IMG/VR virus record: IMGVR_UViG_3300012920_000029
Span: 1-64,000 of that record
Direction: 5' to 3' (one strand)
Source of the DNA: a virus
Length of the DNA: 64,000 nucleotides
The translations under genes were made by a program, and so were the position numbers. The notes below the pieces were generated by a model. The model was not told the DNA's origin. It did not search any database and worked only from the letters and a program-made list of their open reading frames with translations. This document shows, piece by piece, positions 42,884 to 51,999 of the stretch; within the stretch, counting starts at the first letter, position 1; every line of letters starts with the position of its first letter.

Positions 42884-43739
42884 CTACTAGTCCAAGATGA
42901 CCATCCCGGTAACCATGCTCCGTGGCCTCTGTAGCGAAGCGGAGAGGCCTGGTGCGTTGGTGCTAGCTTATAGTACGTAAGAGTATCTCTTACCAAGCTA
43001 ACCAATAGCGACTAGTAGTTTTTTTTACTTAGTCCAAGAATTTTCCCAGGCACGCTGCGCAGGCTTTGCGAAGCAAAGCAAGCGAGGCGTCAAGCATTTT
43101 GAGTTTAGGAGTAGCTCCTAAGTATGCTTGTTTAGCGACTAAGCTAACATTTACTAGTCCAAGATATCGTCCTGGTTCCGGCGACGCAAGGTTGCTGTAG
43201 CGAAGCGAAAGCACCTGACGCGCCTGGAAGTCAGCTTGTTGCAGGTAAGAGTAACTCTTACTAAGCTAACCAATAGCGACTAGTAAATGTTCCTAGACCA
43301 AGAGAGCCACAGCCTGAGCTGGGGACCCCATTCCAGCTACGCTGGAAAAAAAGAAGGTATAGGTGAAGTTAGTAACTAACTTCCAACCCTCTCAAAGCGT
43401 CTAGGTTGTGCACAAACCAAGTGGGCGAGACCTCGAATTCAGGACTCGGTCCGCAACTTGTGTGCAGTAGTATCTTCTGCCATGCTTACCGCATGAGCGT
43501 TTGTGCGCACAAACCAAGAGATTGCGAGCTCTGCAGCGTGCATCGATCGCAGATCACATCTTGAATGCAGTAGTAGCTACTGCGTATGCTTAACACATAA
43601 GCGTTTGTGCTAAACCCCCATACCTTTGCTAGTACAATTAGAGTCCATGCCCAGATAGATCGAACTCTCTTCTTGGGACCTAAGTCCTTGTAGCTGGGAA
43701 TTTAATTCCCATTAATAGACAAGCTATTAGCATAGGTAT
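42884..43739 (-). ncRNA. Tandem array of 6-7 structured retron msr-msd-like ncRNA units
   Basis: Units 42884-43018, 43028-43143, 43146-43291, 43292-43405, 43410-43506, 43507-43610 and divergent 43620-43739, each closed by its own inverted repeat; in units 1-6, CAAG follows the left arm, AGC precedes the right arm and an AG-TAN-CT hairpin is present. Confidence 0.7.
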
Positions 43740-43748
43740 AGGAGCAAG

Positions 43749-43776
43749 TACTTATACCACGTTTTGTTTCATTTTT
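43749..43776 (-). promoter_or_regulatory. Putative phage promoter (AAAAAT-N10-GTGGTATAAGTA) driving the ncRNA array
   Basis: Same motif and spacing as 56438-56465; overlaps the polymerase stop codon; points into the array. Confidence 0.6.
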
Positions 43777-46700
43777 GCGCAGTATGCTTCTATACTATAT
43801 TTAGCTTCCCCGTAACTAGGCCCTACCTCTACATCATAGGGTAGAGCTACAGGTACTATAGGGAATTCTTGTTTAATAAAGTCTCTAACCGCAGACTCTA
43901 GAAATTTAGGTAACTCCTCTAGCTTACTAGCAGGCATTTCGAATACAATACTATCGTGAACTGTTAGTAGTAGCCTACCATTTAGTTCTGATAAACGAGA
44001 GTGTAGGTTAATTAGGGTTCTACACACTATCTCTGAAGTGAATCCTTGAACTAAGTAGTTAACTCCCTGTCGTTGACAACTACTTCCTACACTACCTCCC
44101 ATAAATGCTAGAGGAAATCTTCTAGCCCTGCCTGTAGGTGTTCTTAGTATACCGTCACTTTTTACCTTTCTTTTAGTACCTGAGATATACTCTTCTACTT
44201 TAGGAAATCTAGCAAAGAACATATTCATTAAGCCTATAGCCTCATCAGGTGTTATCCCTAGTTGCATAGACAATTTGTTTGGTCCGATACAAAATATAAG
44301 ACCAAATACAATAGCTTTAGCTTGCTGACGTAAGGTTACTAGTTTCTTGTCTGCATCTGTTTGAACTACTTTGTCTTTTTGTCTAGCAGTATTTATAGCC
44401 TCATAGTCTTGTTCAAAAACTATACTAGCTACCCAAGAGTGCATATCCAGACCTTTGTTCAAAGCGTCTAGCAATCCCGGATCTCTAGCGTACACTGTTA
44501 GCCCCCGGACCTCAGCCCCCGCAAAGTCCAGGTCCACGACACAAAGTTCTTCATCTACTGACCAACCATACTTAGCACATAACTTTCTCTCTACTTCATT
44601 CGCTGTAGAACTAGTGTCTGTAGGTACAAAAGCTTTTTTAATAGGTACTCCAGCTATTGTAGGGGGTTGGTTCTGTAAGTTAGGATTACTTGAGGACAGT
44701 CTGCCGGTGGCTGTTCCATTAGCATTAGTATTACCATGTACTCTACCATCGTAACTACTCAGTAAGAGTAAGTTATCTAGGTAGGTAGCTCTACCTTTAG
44801 CCGCCGATCTGTAATCTAGTATTGTTTGAGCTATAGGATTTGTTTTTGCCCACTCAGCCAATACCTCATTACTACAGCTATGCGCTCCTGTTTCTGTCTT
44901 TTTTAGACTGGGCATGCCATAACCAGCAATCATAATATTAGCTAAGTCTGAAGGATTGTTTAAAACAATATTTTCTCTAGGCCTAGCTAAGTCATTACTT
45001 ATTTTATCTAGTAAATCGCCTTTTAACTTCAGTTCTCGATCTTTTAAAATAGCACTTTGCTCTATTAAGTAGGCCCTATCTATCCTAACACCTTCCACTT
45101 GCATATCACTTAATACCTCAGTGAGGGGTATATAGTGCTTAGACATTAAGTTCATCATAAAATCCCTACCCTCAGCATCGGCCTTAGATTTAGGATCTTC
45201 TCTCCAAGCCTTAATTCGTTGCATAGAGCTCAATCGATAGGTCAAGTCTGCGTCTATAGCGGCATAAGGTATCATTATATTAGGATCTACCATTTCAAAG
45301 GTCACTTTTTCGTGATAAGGATCTATCCTACTTTTACCTGTAATGTTAGAGAACTCTGTTCTTAGTATCTTAGATACTGAATTCTTTACCTTCTTAATAT
45401 ATTTAGCCCTGTTTGATAGCATAGCTAGAGTAGCTTCTATTACCATTTTTTGATTAGCAGGAGTAGATTTAAGCCTATTCATCTTTTTTAACTTTTTAGA
45501 AGTCTCCTTAATGTCTTCTAGCTCAGACTCTAAGTCATCAGAACCTAAGGGACTTAACGACTTTCTACTACCAATAGTATTAGTCATAGCTTTACTGAGT
45601 AAATCTGCCTCAATATTACTAGATACTGAGTTAAGCTGATCCACTAAAGGTTCTTCGTATTTCGCTAGCGAAGGATAGTGTTCTAAGACTACTTTCTTTA
45701 GACTGTATAATCCTTTCTTATCCTCATCTAGCATATGCTCTGCTAACATACCATCCCATCTAGTATTATTTACAGGGTTAGAAAAGATATCTTCTAGGGG
45801 CTTGCCAACTACTTCTTCTATAATACCTTTAAGGCCTAAGTGCTGGGATATAGCCTGCTTAGTTTGCCTTACTAGTATATGTTTAGCAATTCCGTAGTCG
45901 AATTTATAGTTCCACCAAGTTTTAGCATGAGGTGACTGTAGTAGCTTCCATATATAAGGTATGATACCTCCGAAGCTGTAAGGAGCATCTTTATGGAATA
46001 CGTAGAGAGATAAGGCTTTACCCTCTGCTACACAGGCGGATATAGCTATTACCTTACCTTCTGAGTTCCATGGAAATAGTGTGGTAGTCTCGAAGTCTAG
46101 AGACATCATAGTATTAGCTACAGTTTTTCCTGGAGAAGAGTACTCACAGTACTCATTTATAATAGCTATAGCATCCTCTAAATCTTTAGGCCTAGGTTTA
46201 TAAGGTGTAAGAGGAGGCACTATGTCATAATTAGCTAGTAGCTCAGGCACATCGATATTATCTAAAGGGTGCCCGAAAGCTATCTTTGCAGCTTTAGCAA
46301 TGTCTCCGCAAGCCACGTCTACTACTCCTACCGACTCAAACATTTTGCTTAAACCAAAGGTAGGTAAGACTTTAAAATCTTTTTTTCCAATAGTAACCTC
46401 TATAACAGTACCTCGGACATGGCTATGAAGAGATTTTACACCTAAGAAACTAAGTGCTTTAGGTCCGAAAGCTAATATTGTACTAGCCCCGGAGCTCAGT
46501 ATCTGGCTATAACCGACATTATCTGCACAGGTTCTTAGAAGCTTGACACTGCTATTTACTCTAGAAGCACAGGATACTGCATACATATAGAAACAACTAG
46601 CTTTGAGCTTACTGGATAGTCCTGTAGGATCTACCTTAGCCGCCCTAGTAAGGAGAGATTTCATCATGTCTCCATCTCTACCCGCCAAAGGTACAGTAGC

Positions 46701-46820
46701 CCAAGGTGGAGGTGAATCCATTAGTATAACTACTGAAGCAGGCTTAGATCCCATCCCAGGTACTAGTATATTCTTATATAACGGGCAGGTTGTACAAGAT
46801 ATTGGTTTTATTATACTCAC
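43752..46820 (-). CDS. polA: Family A DNA polymerase with N-terminal UDG-like and 3'-5' exonuclease domains
   Basis: CTTCPL UDG-like N-terminus; LDFETT; TGRLSSSNPNLQN; DFAGAEVR; RQQAKAIVFG; VHDS. Confidence 0.9.
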   Translation of the reverse strand: MSIIKPISCTTCPLYKNILVPGMGSKPASVVILMDSPPPWATVPLAGRDGDMMKSLLTRAAKVDPTGLSSKLKASCFYMYAVSCASRVNSSVKLLRTCADNVGYSQILSSGASTILAFGPKALSFLGVKSLHSHVRGTVIEVTIGKKDFKVLPTFGLSKMFESVGVVDVACGDIAKAAKIAFGHPLDNIDVPELLANYDIVPPLTPYKPRPKDLEDAIAIINEYCEYSSPGKTVANTMMSLDFETTTLFPWNSEGKVIAISACVAEGKALSLYVFHKDAPYSFGGIIPYIWKLLQSPHAKTWWNYKFDYGIAKHILVRQTKQAISQHLGLKGIIEEVVGKPLEDIFSNPVNNTRWDGMLAEHMLDEDKKGLYSLKKVVLEHYPSLAKYEEPLVDQLNSVSSNIEADLLSKAMTNTIGSRKSLSPLGSDDLESELEDIKETSKKLKKMNRLKSTPANQKMVIEATLAMLSNRAKYIKKVKNSVSKILRTEFSNITGKSRIDPYHEKVTFEMVDPNIMIPYAAIDADLTYRLSSMQRIKAWREDPKSKADAEGRDFMMNLMSKHYIPLTEVLSDMQVEGVRIDRAYLIEQSAILKDRELKLKGDLLDKISNDLARPRENIVLNNPSDLANIMIAGYGMPSLKKTETGAHSCSNEVLAEWAKTNPIAQTILDYRSAAKGRATYLDNLLLLSSYDGRVHGNTNANGTATGRLSSSNPNLQNQPPTIAGVPIKKAFVPTDTSSTANEVERKLCAKYGWSVDEELCVVDLDFAGAEVRGLTVYARDPGLLDALNKGLDMHSWVASIVFEQDYEAINTARQKDKVVQTDADKKLVTLRQQAKAIVFGLIFCIGPNKLSMQLGITPDEAIGLMNMFFARFPKVEEYISGTKRKVKSDGILRTPTGRARRFPLAFMGGSVGSSCQRQGVNYLVQGFTSEIVCRTLINLHSRLSELNGRLLLTVHDSIVFEMPASKLEELPKFLESAVRDFIKQEFPIVPVALPYDVEVGPSYGEAKYSIEAYCAKMKQNVV

Positions 46821-49800
46821 GTAGAGCTCGCCATTTCCCAGTTTTGAATAACTGTAGTAACATCGAAGATAGTTACATCATTAGAATTGATGCCAGGTTT
46901 TAAAAGTTTTTTAAGATTAGGAAGGGCCCTAGAAACATCTCGATATTTCATAGAGTTCTTATAAGTACCCGCCACACCTTGCAATCTTTTAGGAGTATCC
47001 TGCTTAAATCTATCTCCCGGTTTAAATAAACTAGCTAGAACTTCGGACCATAGAACAATAAGTACATGCACCGATTTTCCATTCTTAGTATAAGTGGCGT
47101 AAGATAACCCACAATCTAGCTCTTGCAATTTGTACCTCTCAGCAGGATCACCTAGTAGTGATCTAACAGAAGTGTATCTATTAGGACTTCCCGGAGGGGT
47201 GTATTCTACTCTAGCAGAAAGAATACTCTCAAATAGTGATTCAGATTGCGTAGAGTTTGTGATGTTAGCTATAAGCTTAATCTTTTTTCTAACTACTCTT
47301 TTAATGTAGCTATGCGGATCTAAACCTACTAGCTTTATTATAGAAGAAGTTACTACTACCGAATCTAGAAACCTAGAGGGAACGGCAGCCACTCCTGCAT
47401 AAGCAGCTAAACTATCTTTTACTGTAGCTGAGTTATAGTGAAATCTTAATTCGTCAATATAACGTCTAACTTTTTTAGCTCTAGAAAACATTCCGATAGT
47501 TAGATTTCTTCTAAAATGTTGTATAGTAGCGTATCCGAAAACATCTTTTAGAACTGTGTGAGGATCAGGCTTGTCCTCTACACGAATACTTTCTAACTGC
47601 ATAAACCTAGATATATCCGCTTCTTCACGTAATCGGTTGATAGCACAAGCCCATATTTGACATTTAAGAACATAGTTGGTAGCCTCGGGGTTTTCTACAT
47701 TACCACGAGATACCGTAGATTGTGCACTAGAGGTTAAGGCCCTAACATCTCTTAGTATATCTCGAACAGCTCTACTATGTCTGTCTTGGCCTTTATCTTC
47801 AAACTCATCTAAAGCTAAGCCTAAACTACTTCTATTAGCAGTTTTGCGAGCACTTGCTGGAGTATAGCTGGTCATAACCCCGTTGACACACTCAAGCAAT
47901 CTTAATCTAAGATTTTCACCTGCTATTAAATCTAGTAGTTTAGATTTACCAGAACCTCGTTCACCGTTTAGTATGGTATACAACTGTCTAGGAAGAATAC
48001 CTGATATAGTATTTAACATTATAGCTGCAGCTAAGTATTGACAGTCTTCAATACCCCCCTCCATCTGCCAACCTAGGTTAATGGCGCTAACTAAGAAGTC
48101 AAAAGTTTCTTCAACATCTACGTTTTTACCTACATTTAAATCCTCGCAAGAATTTATCTCAGAACTCCAAGCCGGCTTAGTTATATTCATTATATAATCG
48201 CCTACCCGAGGACCTTCTAGCAAAGACCATTCAAGCTCTTCTCCTTGATAAGTACCTAAGTAAACATTATTTCCATTTACAAGTACCCATACCCCGTCTG
48301 TAGAATCGCCTTTTTTCAACTCAACGTAATGAGCACCAGATTTAAGTTCTTCTAAAGAGGCTACTACGGGTATTTCTTTGCATAGATTTTCCATAGCTAT
48401 TTCTATGTACTTTTTCATTTTTGCATTAAGTTCGGTAAGGCTTAAAGGCTTGACTGTCTTACCAACTGTTTTAAAAGCCAAAGCCCTAGGTATTCCTACA
48501 GAAGTTTTTATCCAGTCCACAGCATTACCTAAATCTATGGCTAACCTGCCAAATAGTTCACTAGCATGAGATATCCGAAGATCGCGAGGCTCTCTTTTCC
48601 TTTTATTCCAAGCTTTTATAATACTTTCAGAACGTTTAGAACTATCTATTCCTATGAAATAAAATTCTTCTTTTAGAGCTTGAATTATTCTTAAAACAAA
48701 CCCCTCTTCACTATCATCTTGGCCTACTACAAGTTCTAAGATAGTACCTAAATCTAGATTTACGAATTTACTTACTTCTACACAATACATTCTTTGATAG
48801 CTGTAGTCTCGCAAGCAAGCACCATTAGAAGCGATTATTCTCTTTATTTCCGAAATATCATCTTGGGGAACTTTTTTAACAGCCTCATAAGTTACATCAG
48901 TAAGCCATCTATATGCAGATGTAAAATTGTTGCGTATAGTAACGTTACCTACTAGAGAGTTTTTAGTTATACATTCTAACCAAGTTTGCCACCCATACTT
49001 AGCTATGGCCTCCGCAGGATCCTTAGCTTTTACTTCATCAGGCCAATCAAAAACAGAGCAAGTTAAATTAGTTCTACTTAATACCGCCTTAGCAATGTTA
49101 ATACCTCCATGCTCAGGGTGATCAGGTAGCACGAATATTTTTCTAATATTACAAGTATCTTGCAAGACATTTGCTGAAGTACTAGCAGAGCCCCCTATAC
49201 CTAAAACCACATCGTAAGTAATACCTTTAGCATAGTTTGCTAAATGAGCCAGAGCATCAAACTCCCCTTCAACGAGAATTGCAGTTCTTGTATCTTTACT
49301 AGAACCCATCAAGCCATTGTAGTTTGCTAGCCCGAAGAAACCCATTAGAGGTTCACTATCGTCACTAATAAACATCTCGCTTTTACCGTCGGAATTAGGT
49401 CGCATAAAATCAGTTCTAACTTTGAATCTACTGAACTCGGTAGGATTTTTATGATAGAAAAATACTAGGCCTCCGATATTTTCTGGACGCATAACTGGTT
49501 CTGCGAATAAATACACCTCTTTGGCCAACTTACCTGCGTACTTATTCATAACTACTTGAGGAGCTAGGACTCCGATAGGTAGAGAGGGAATAACTTCTTT
49601 AGAGATACCTCTAGATTCTAAGTAGGTTATGCATTGCCGAGCGTAGAGATACTCTTGACTTTTATTAGTAGTATCTTGTGCAGCGGCTACTAGTATATTG
49701 TGAGTAGTGTGTGCGAACGCATTTTTTATTTCATTGCGTTTTTCGGAGTCTCGCAGAGTCTTACGCAAAGTTTTAGGTAGGCTTTTAGCCCCATTGTTAT

Positions 49801-50089
49801 TTAAAACAATGGCGGCTTCTGACCAAGAGATATTACCTACAGTAGCTACGAATTTAAGAGGGTTAACTTCGTACTGACCACAGCTAAAGCATTTTACTAC
49901 TCCTTTAGTAGGGGTAACATGGCAACTTGGCCGTGAGTCTACATGTCCTGGAAAAGGGCAATGGCCTTTCAAGCTATTACCCTTCATTTCCCAAGATCCT
50001 TTACCTAGTTCAGCGAGTATGTCCCGCCATTTTGCTAGCGGGATATCCTCCCATATCTCTTTGTAGGAAATCTTAGGGGGTTTTTGCAT
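46817..50089 (-). CDS. Primase-helicase (CHC2 zinc finger, TOPRIM, P-loop ATPase)
   Basis: CPFPGH.D..PS...CFSC; LVEGEFD; GERGSGKS; LDEFE. Confidence 0.85.
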   Translation of the reverse strand: MQKPPKISYKEIWEDIPLAKWRDILAELGKGSWEMKGNSLKGHCPFPGHVDSRPSCHVTPTKGVVKCFSCGQYEVNPLKFVATVGNISWSEAAIVLNNNGAKSLPKTLRKTLRDSEKRNEIKNAFAHTTHNILVAAAQDTTNKSQEYLYARQCITYLESRGISKEVIPSLPIGVLAPQVVMNKYAGKLAKEVYLFAEPVMRPENIGGLVFFYHKNPTEFSRFKVRTDFMRPNSDGKSEMFISDDSEPLMGFFGLANYNGLMGSSKDTRTAILVEGEFDALAHLANYAKGITYDVVLGIGGSASTSANVLQDTCNIRKIFVLPDHPEHGGINIAKAVLSRTNLTCSVFDWPDEVKAKDPAEAIAKYGWQTWLECITKNSLVGNVTIRNNFTSAYRWLTDVTYEAVKKVPQDDISEIKRIIASNGACLRDYSYQRMYCVEVSKFVNLDLGTILELVVGQDDSEEGFVLRIIQALKEEFYFIGIDSSKRSESIIKAWNKRKREPRDLRISHASELFGRLAIDLGNAVDWIKTSVGIPRALAFKTVGKTVKPLSLTELNAKMKKYIEIAMENLCKEIPVVASLEELKSGAHYVELKKGDSTDGVWVLVNGNNVYLGTYQGEELEWSLLEGPRVGDYIMNITKPAWSSEINSCEDLNVGKNVDVEETFDFLVSAINLGWQMEGGIEDCQYLAAAIMLNTISGILPRQLYTILNGERGSGKSKLLDLIAGENLRLRLLECVNGVMTSYTPASARKTANRSSLGLALDEFEDKGQDRHSRAVRDILRDVRALTSSAQSTVSRGNVENPEATNYVLKCQIWACAINRLREEADISRFMQLESIRVEDKPDPHTVLKDVFGYATIQHFRRNLTIGMFSRAKKVRRYIDELRFHYNSATVKDSLAAYAGVAAVPSRFLDSVVVTSSIIKLVGLDPHSYIKRVVRKKIKLIANITNSTQSESLFESILSARVEYTPPGSPNRYTSVRSLLGDPAERYKLQELDCGLSYATYTKNGKSVHVLIVLWSEVLASLFKPGDRFKQDTPKRLQGVAGTYKNSMKYRDVSRALPNLKKLLKPGINSNDVTIFDVTTVIQNWEMASST

Positions 50090-50094
50090 TAGGG

Positions 50095-50886
50095 CTAATT
50101 TTCTTTCTCGCAGATATTCTTGAATTTACACCAAGAACAATGCCTTCCTTTCGACTTAGTAACTTCATCTCTAAGCGTTTCTGCTAAAGCATTTACCTGC
50201 AACATTACTGGGTTATCAGGGGTTAGGTCTGCTCTAGTAATCTTTTTAGGATACCACTCTAGTTCTCCCGAAGTAGTAGAATAGATGGCGGGCTGCACAG
50301 ATACTATATCATACCATGCATGAAGTAGAATACCATAGCTCTCTAACTGTATTTTGTAAGAATCTATACTCTTACATCTGCCAGTTTTTAAGTCAATGGC
50401 TATTGCATGCTTTGTACCATTTTTTTCTACGATTATAACTCGATCTACAACACCTCTAAGTATTGAATTTCTATCCCAAAAATCTGTTTTAACTAGTGTA
50501 GGAAGTACTCCTAAGCGAAGTTCAGATGAATCTAATGTAACCTTATTTTTATCTTTGAAAGAACTTAATCTATCTTCAAAAGAATCTACTTTTTTAACTA
50601 GAGTTTTAATCTTTAATTTATTAGTCCTAGTTTTAGGTATCTCTGTAAAAGCATCTATCTGTGCCGAAGTTTTTTCCTGTTTAGCTTGAAGCAGTTCGGC
50701 GTATTTATGGGTAGCAGAGCCTAGCACTAGGGCGGTATTATCTTCTACTACTTGTAATTCCTCTGGGATGTATGGCTTATCTACATATTGCCATACAAAT
50801 TTTTGAGAACAACTTTCCAATACTCCCATCTTACTAGGGCTCCAAGGTCCAAACTCCTTAGCTAGCGAGCTAAAAAAAACAGGCAT
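50095..50886 (-). CDS. PD-(D/E)XK exonuclease (RecB/Cas4-like)
   Basis: WSPS...C, G...H, RGVVDR, IDLKTG, QL..Y, C.WC....C. Confidence 0.8.
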   Translation of the reverse strand: MPVFFSSLAKEFGPWSPSKMGVLESCSQKFVWQYVDKPYIPEELQVVEDNTALVLGSATHKYAELLQAKQEKTSAQIDAFTEIPKTRTNKLKIKTLVKKVDSFEDRLSSFKDKNKVTLDSSELRLGVLPTLVKTDFWDRNSILRGVVDRVIIVEKNGTKHAIAIDLKTGRCKSIDSYKIQLESYGILLHAWYDIVSVQPAIYSTTSGELEWYPKKITRADLTPDNPVMLQVNALAETLRDEVTKSKGRHCSWCKFKNICEKEN

Positions 50887-50933
50887 AACCTGCCTCCTTT
50901 CTTATAAGGTTTAATTCTAGCCGTATATCTAGC

Positions 50934-51491
50934 CTAGACGTCGAAGTCTGGTAGGTCTTCTACCTCTACCTCTGCTTCTTCCTCATTACTGGTAGCTGTT
51001 TCTACTACTGCAGTGTTTACCTTAGGCGAGGTAATCTCTGAGTCTTCTGGTTTAACATAGCTGAAGGACACATAGTCCTTCCCATTTTTACTAGTTTGGT
51101 TAGTGGCGATTACTTTTAAGTAACTTCCTGCTAGAGAGGATTGAGATCCTCCTGTGAGAGCGGCCTCTAGTTGGCTTGGATCAGGAGATTGGATATCGAT
51201 ACACGCATTGATCATCGCCTTAAGTAATCCTAGGTTTTGATTAATACGCCACTGTAGGTCATTGCTAATAGCAAAGATTTGCTTTACAAACTCCCCAGGA
51301 ACATGAGTTCCTGTAGAAGAGATAATTTTAGACTCGATAATACAGATCTCTTTGCCTGCTTGAGTCTCTCTTGTTACCACCCCCTCTACAAGTACTACAT
51401 GTGTACCTGTTTCGAGATATCGACGTTCAACACGCTTAGCTTCTACTTGGTCCATTTTGTTGGACAGATTTTCAAAATTTGGCATTTGCAA
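50934..51491 (-). CDS. Putative single-stranded DNA-binding protein
   Basis: Beta-rich core with acidic C-terminal tail ending DLPDFDV; replication cluster; AAGGA RBS. Confidence 0.5.
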   Translation of the reverse strand: MQMPNFENLSNKMDQVEAKRVERRYLETGTHVVLVEGVVTRETQAGKEICIIESKIISSTGTHVPGEFVKQIFAISNDLQWRINQNLGLLKAMINACIDIQSPDPSQLEAALTGGSQSSLAGSYLKVIATNQTSKNGKDYVSFSYVKPEDSEITSPKVNTAVVETATSNEEEAEVEVEDLPDFDV

Positions 51492-51507
51492 TTTTTCCTT
51501 TCGTTAA

Positions 51508-51999
51508 TTAGCGGTTAGCAGTTTGCCGTTTATCTAGCGTACTAGTGAATTGCTCACTAGGAATTATAGGACTAACAGAGAAATCAATCTTAGTCAAGCT
51601 TTTCAAGCTTGCATTAATGATTCTTTTTGACCCTCTGTTTTTTTGGGTTTGAATACTAATCAACACCCTATCTAAGGCTTCTACTTGAGGGACTAATTCC
51701 TCTTCAAAGCATATTGTATATAGCTGTTCAGGATCGTCTGACATGGCAAATAGTAGCTTATAGCTATCTTTGCAATAATTTAATTCTCCTCTTAGAAAAT
51801 TGAACTTGCAGTCTAAGCAGTTACCGTGCATGCTACCTACCTGTAGATCCTTAGAATAGCACCCACTATCAGAGTGCGATCTATTTCTAGTTATTTCTAG
51901 TATGACAATTCTAATCTCATTTCCGAGATACCTATTGTCTTGGTAAAATCCCAAACTTCCAGAAGGAGGATGAGATATGGAAAGCGACTTCATCGACAT
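51508..51999 (-). CDS. Hypothetical protein with Cys motif
   Basis: C.S.D...G.C.DC.....C pattern. Confidence 0.5.
   Translation of the reverse strand: MSMKSLSISHPPSGSLGFYQDNRYLGNEIRIVILEITRNRSHSDSGCYSKDLQVGSMHGNCLDCKFNFLRGELNYCKDSYKLLFAMSDDPEQLYTICFEEELVPQVEALDRVLISIQTQKNRGSKRIINASLKSLTKIDFSVSPIIPSEQFTSTLDKRQTANR

Noticed and set aside
43019-43026. T8 run after unit 1 as the terminase terminator
   Set aside because: Possible, but the adjacent stem is the long-range unit-closing arm rather than a local GC-rich hairpin; not supported enough to call
43029-43214. 61-aa ORF within the array
   Set aside because: Spans structured unit boundaries, no RBS, no recognisable motif; likely spurious
42884-43739. 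CRISPR array interpretation of the repeats
   Set aside because: No identical direct repeats with unique constant-length spacers; each unit has its own covarying terminal inverted repeat; no cas1/cas2 or effector genes
42884-43739. tRNA cluster
   Set aside because: No TTCGA T-loop/D-loop cloverleaf pattern or CCA ends; unit lengths and motifs do not fit
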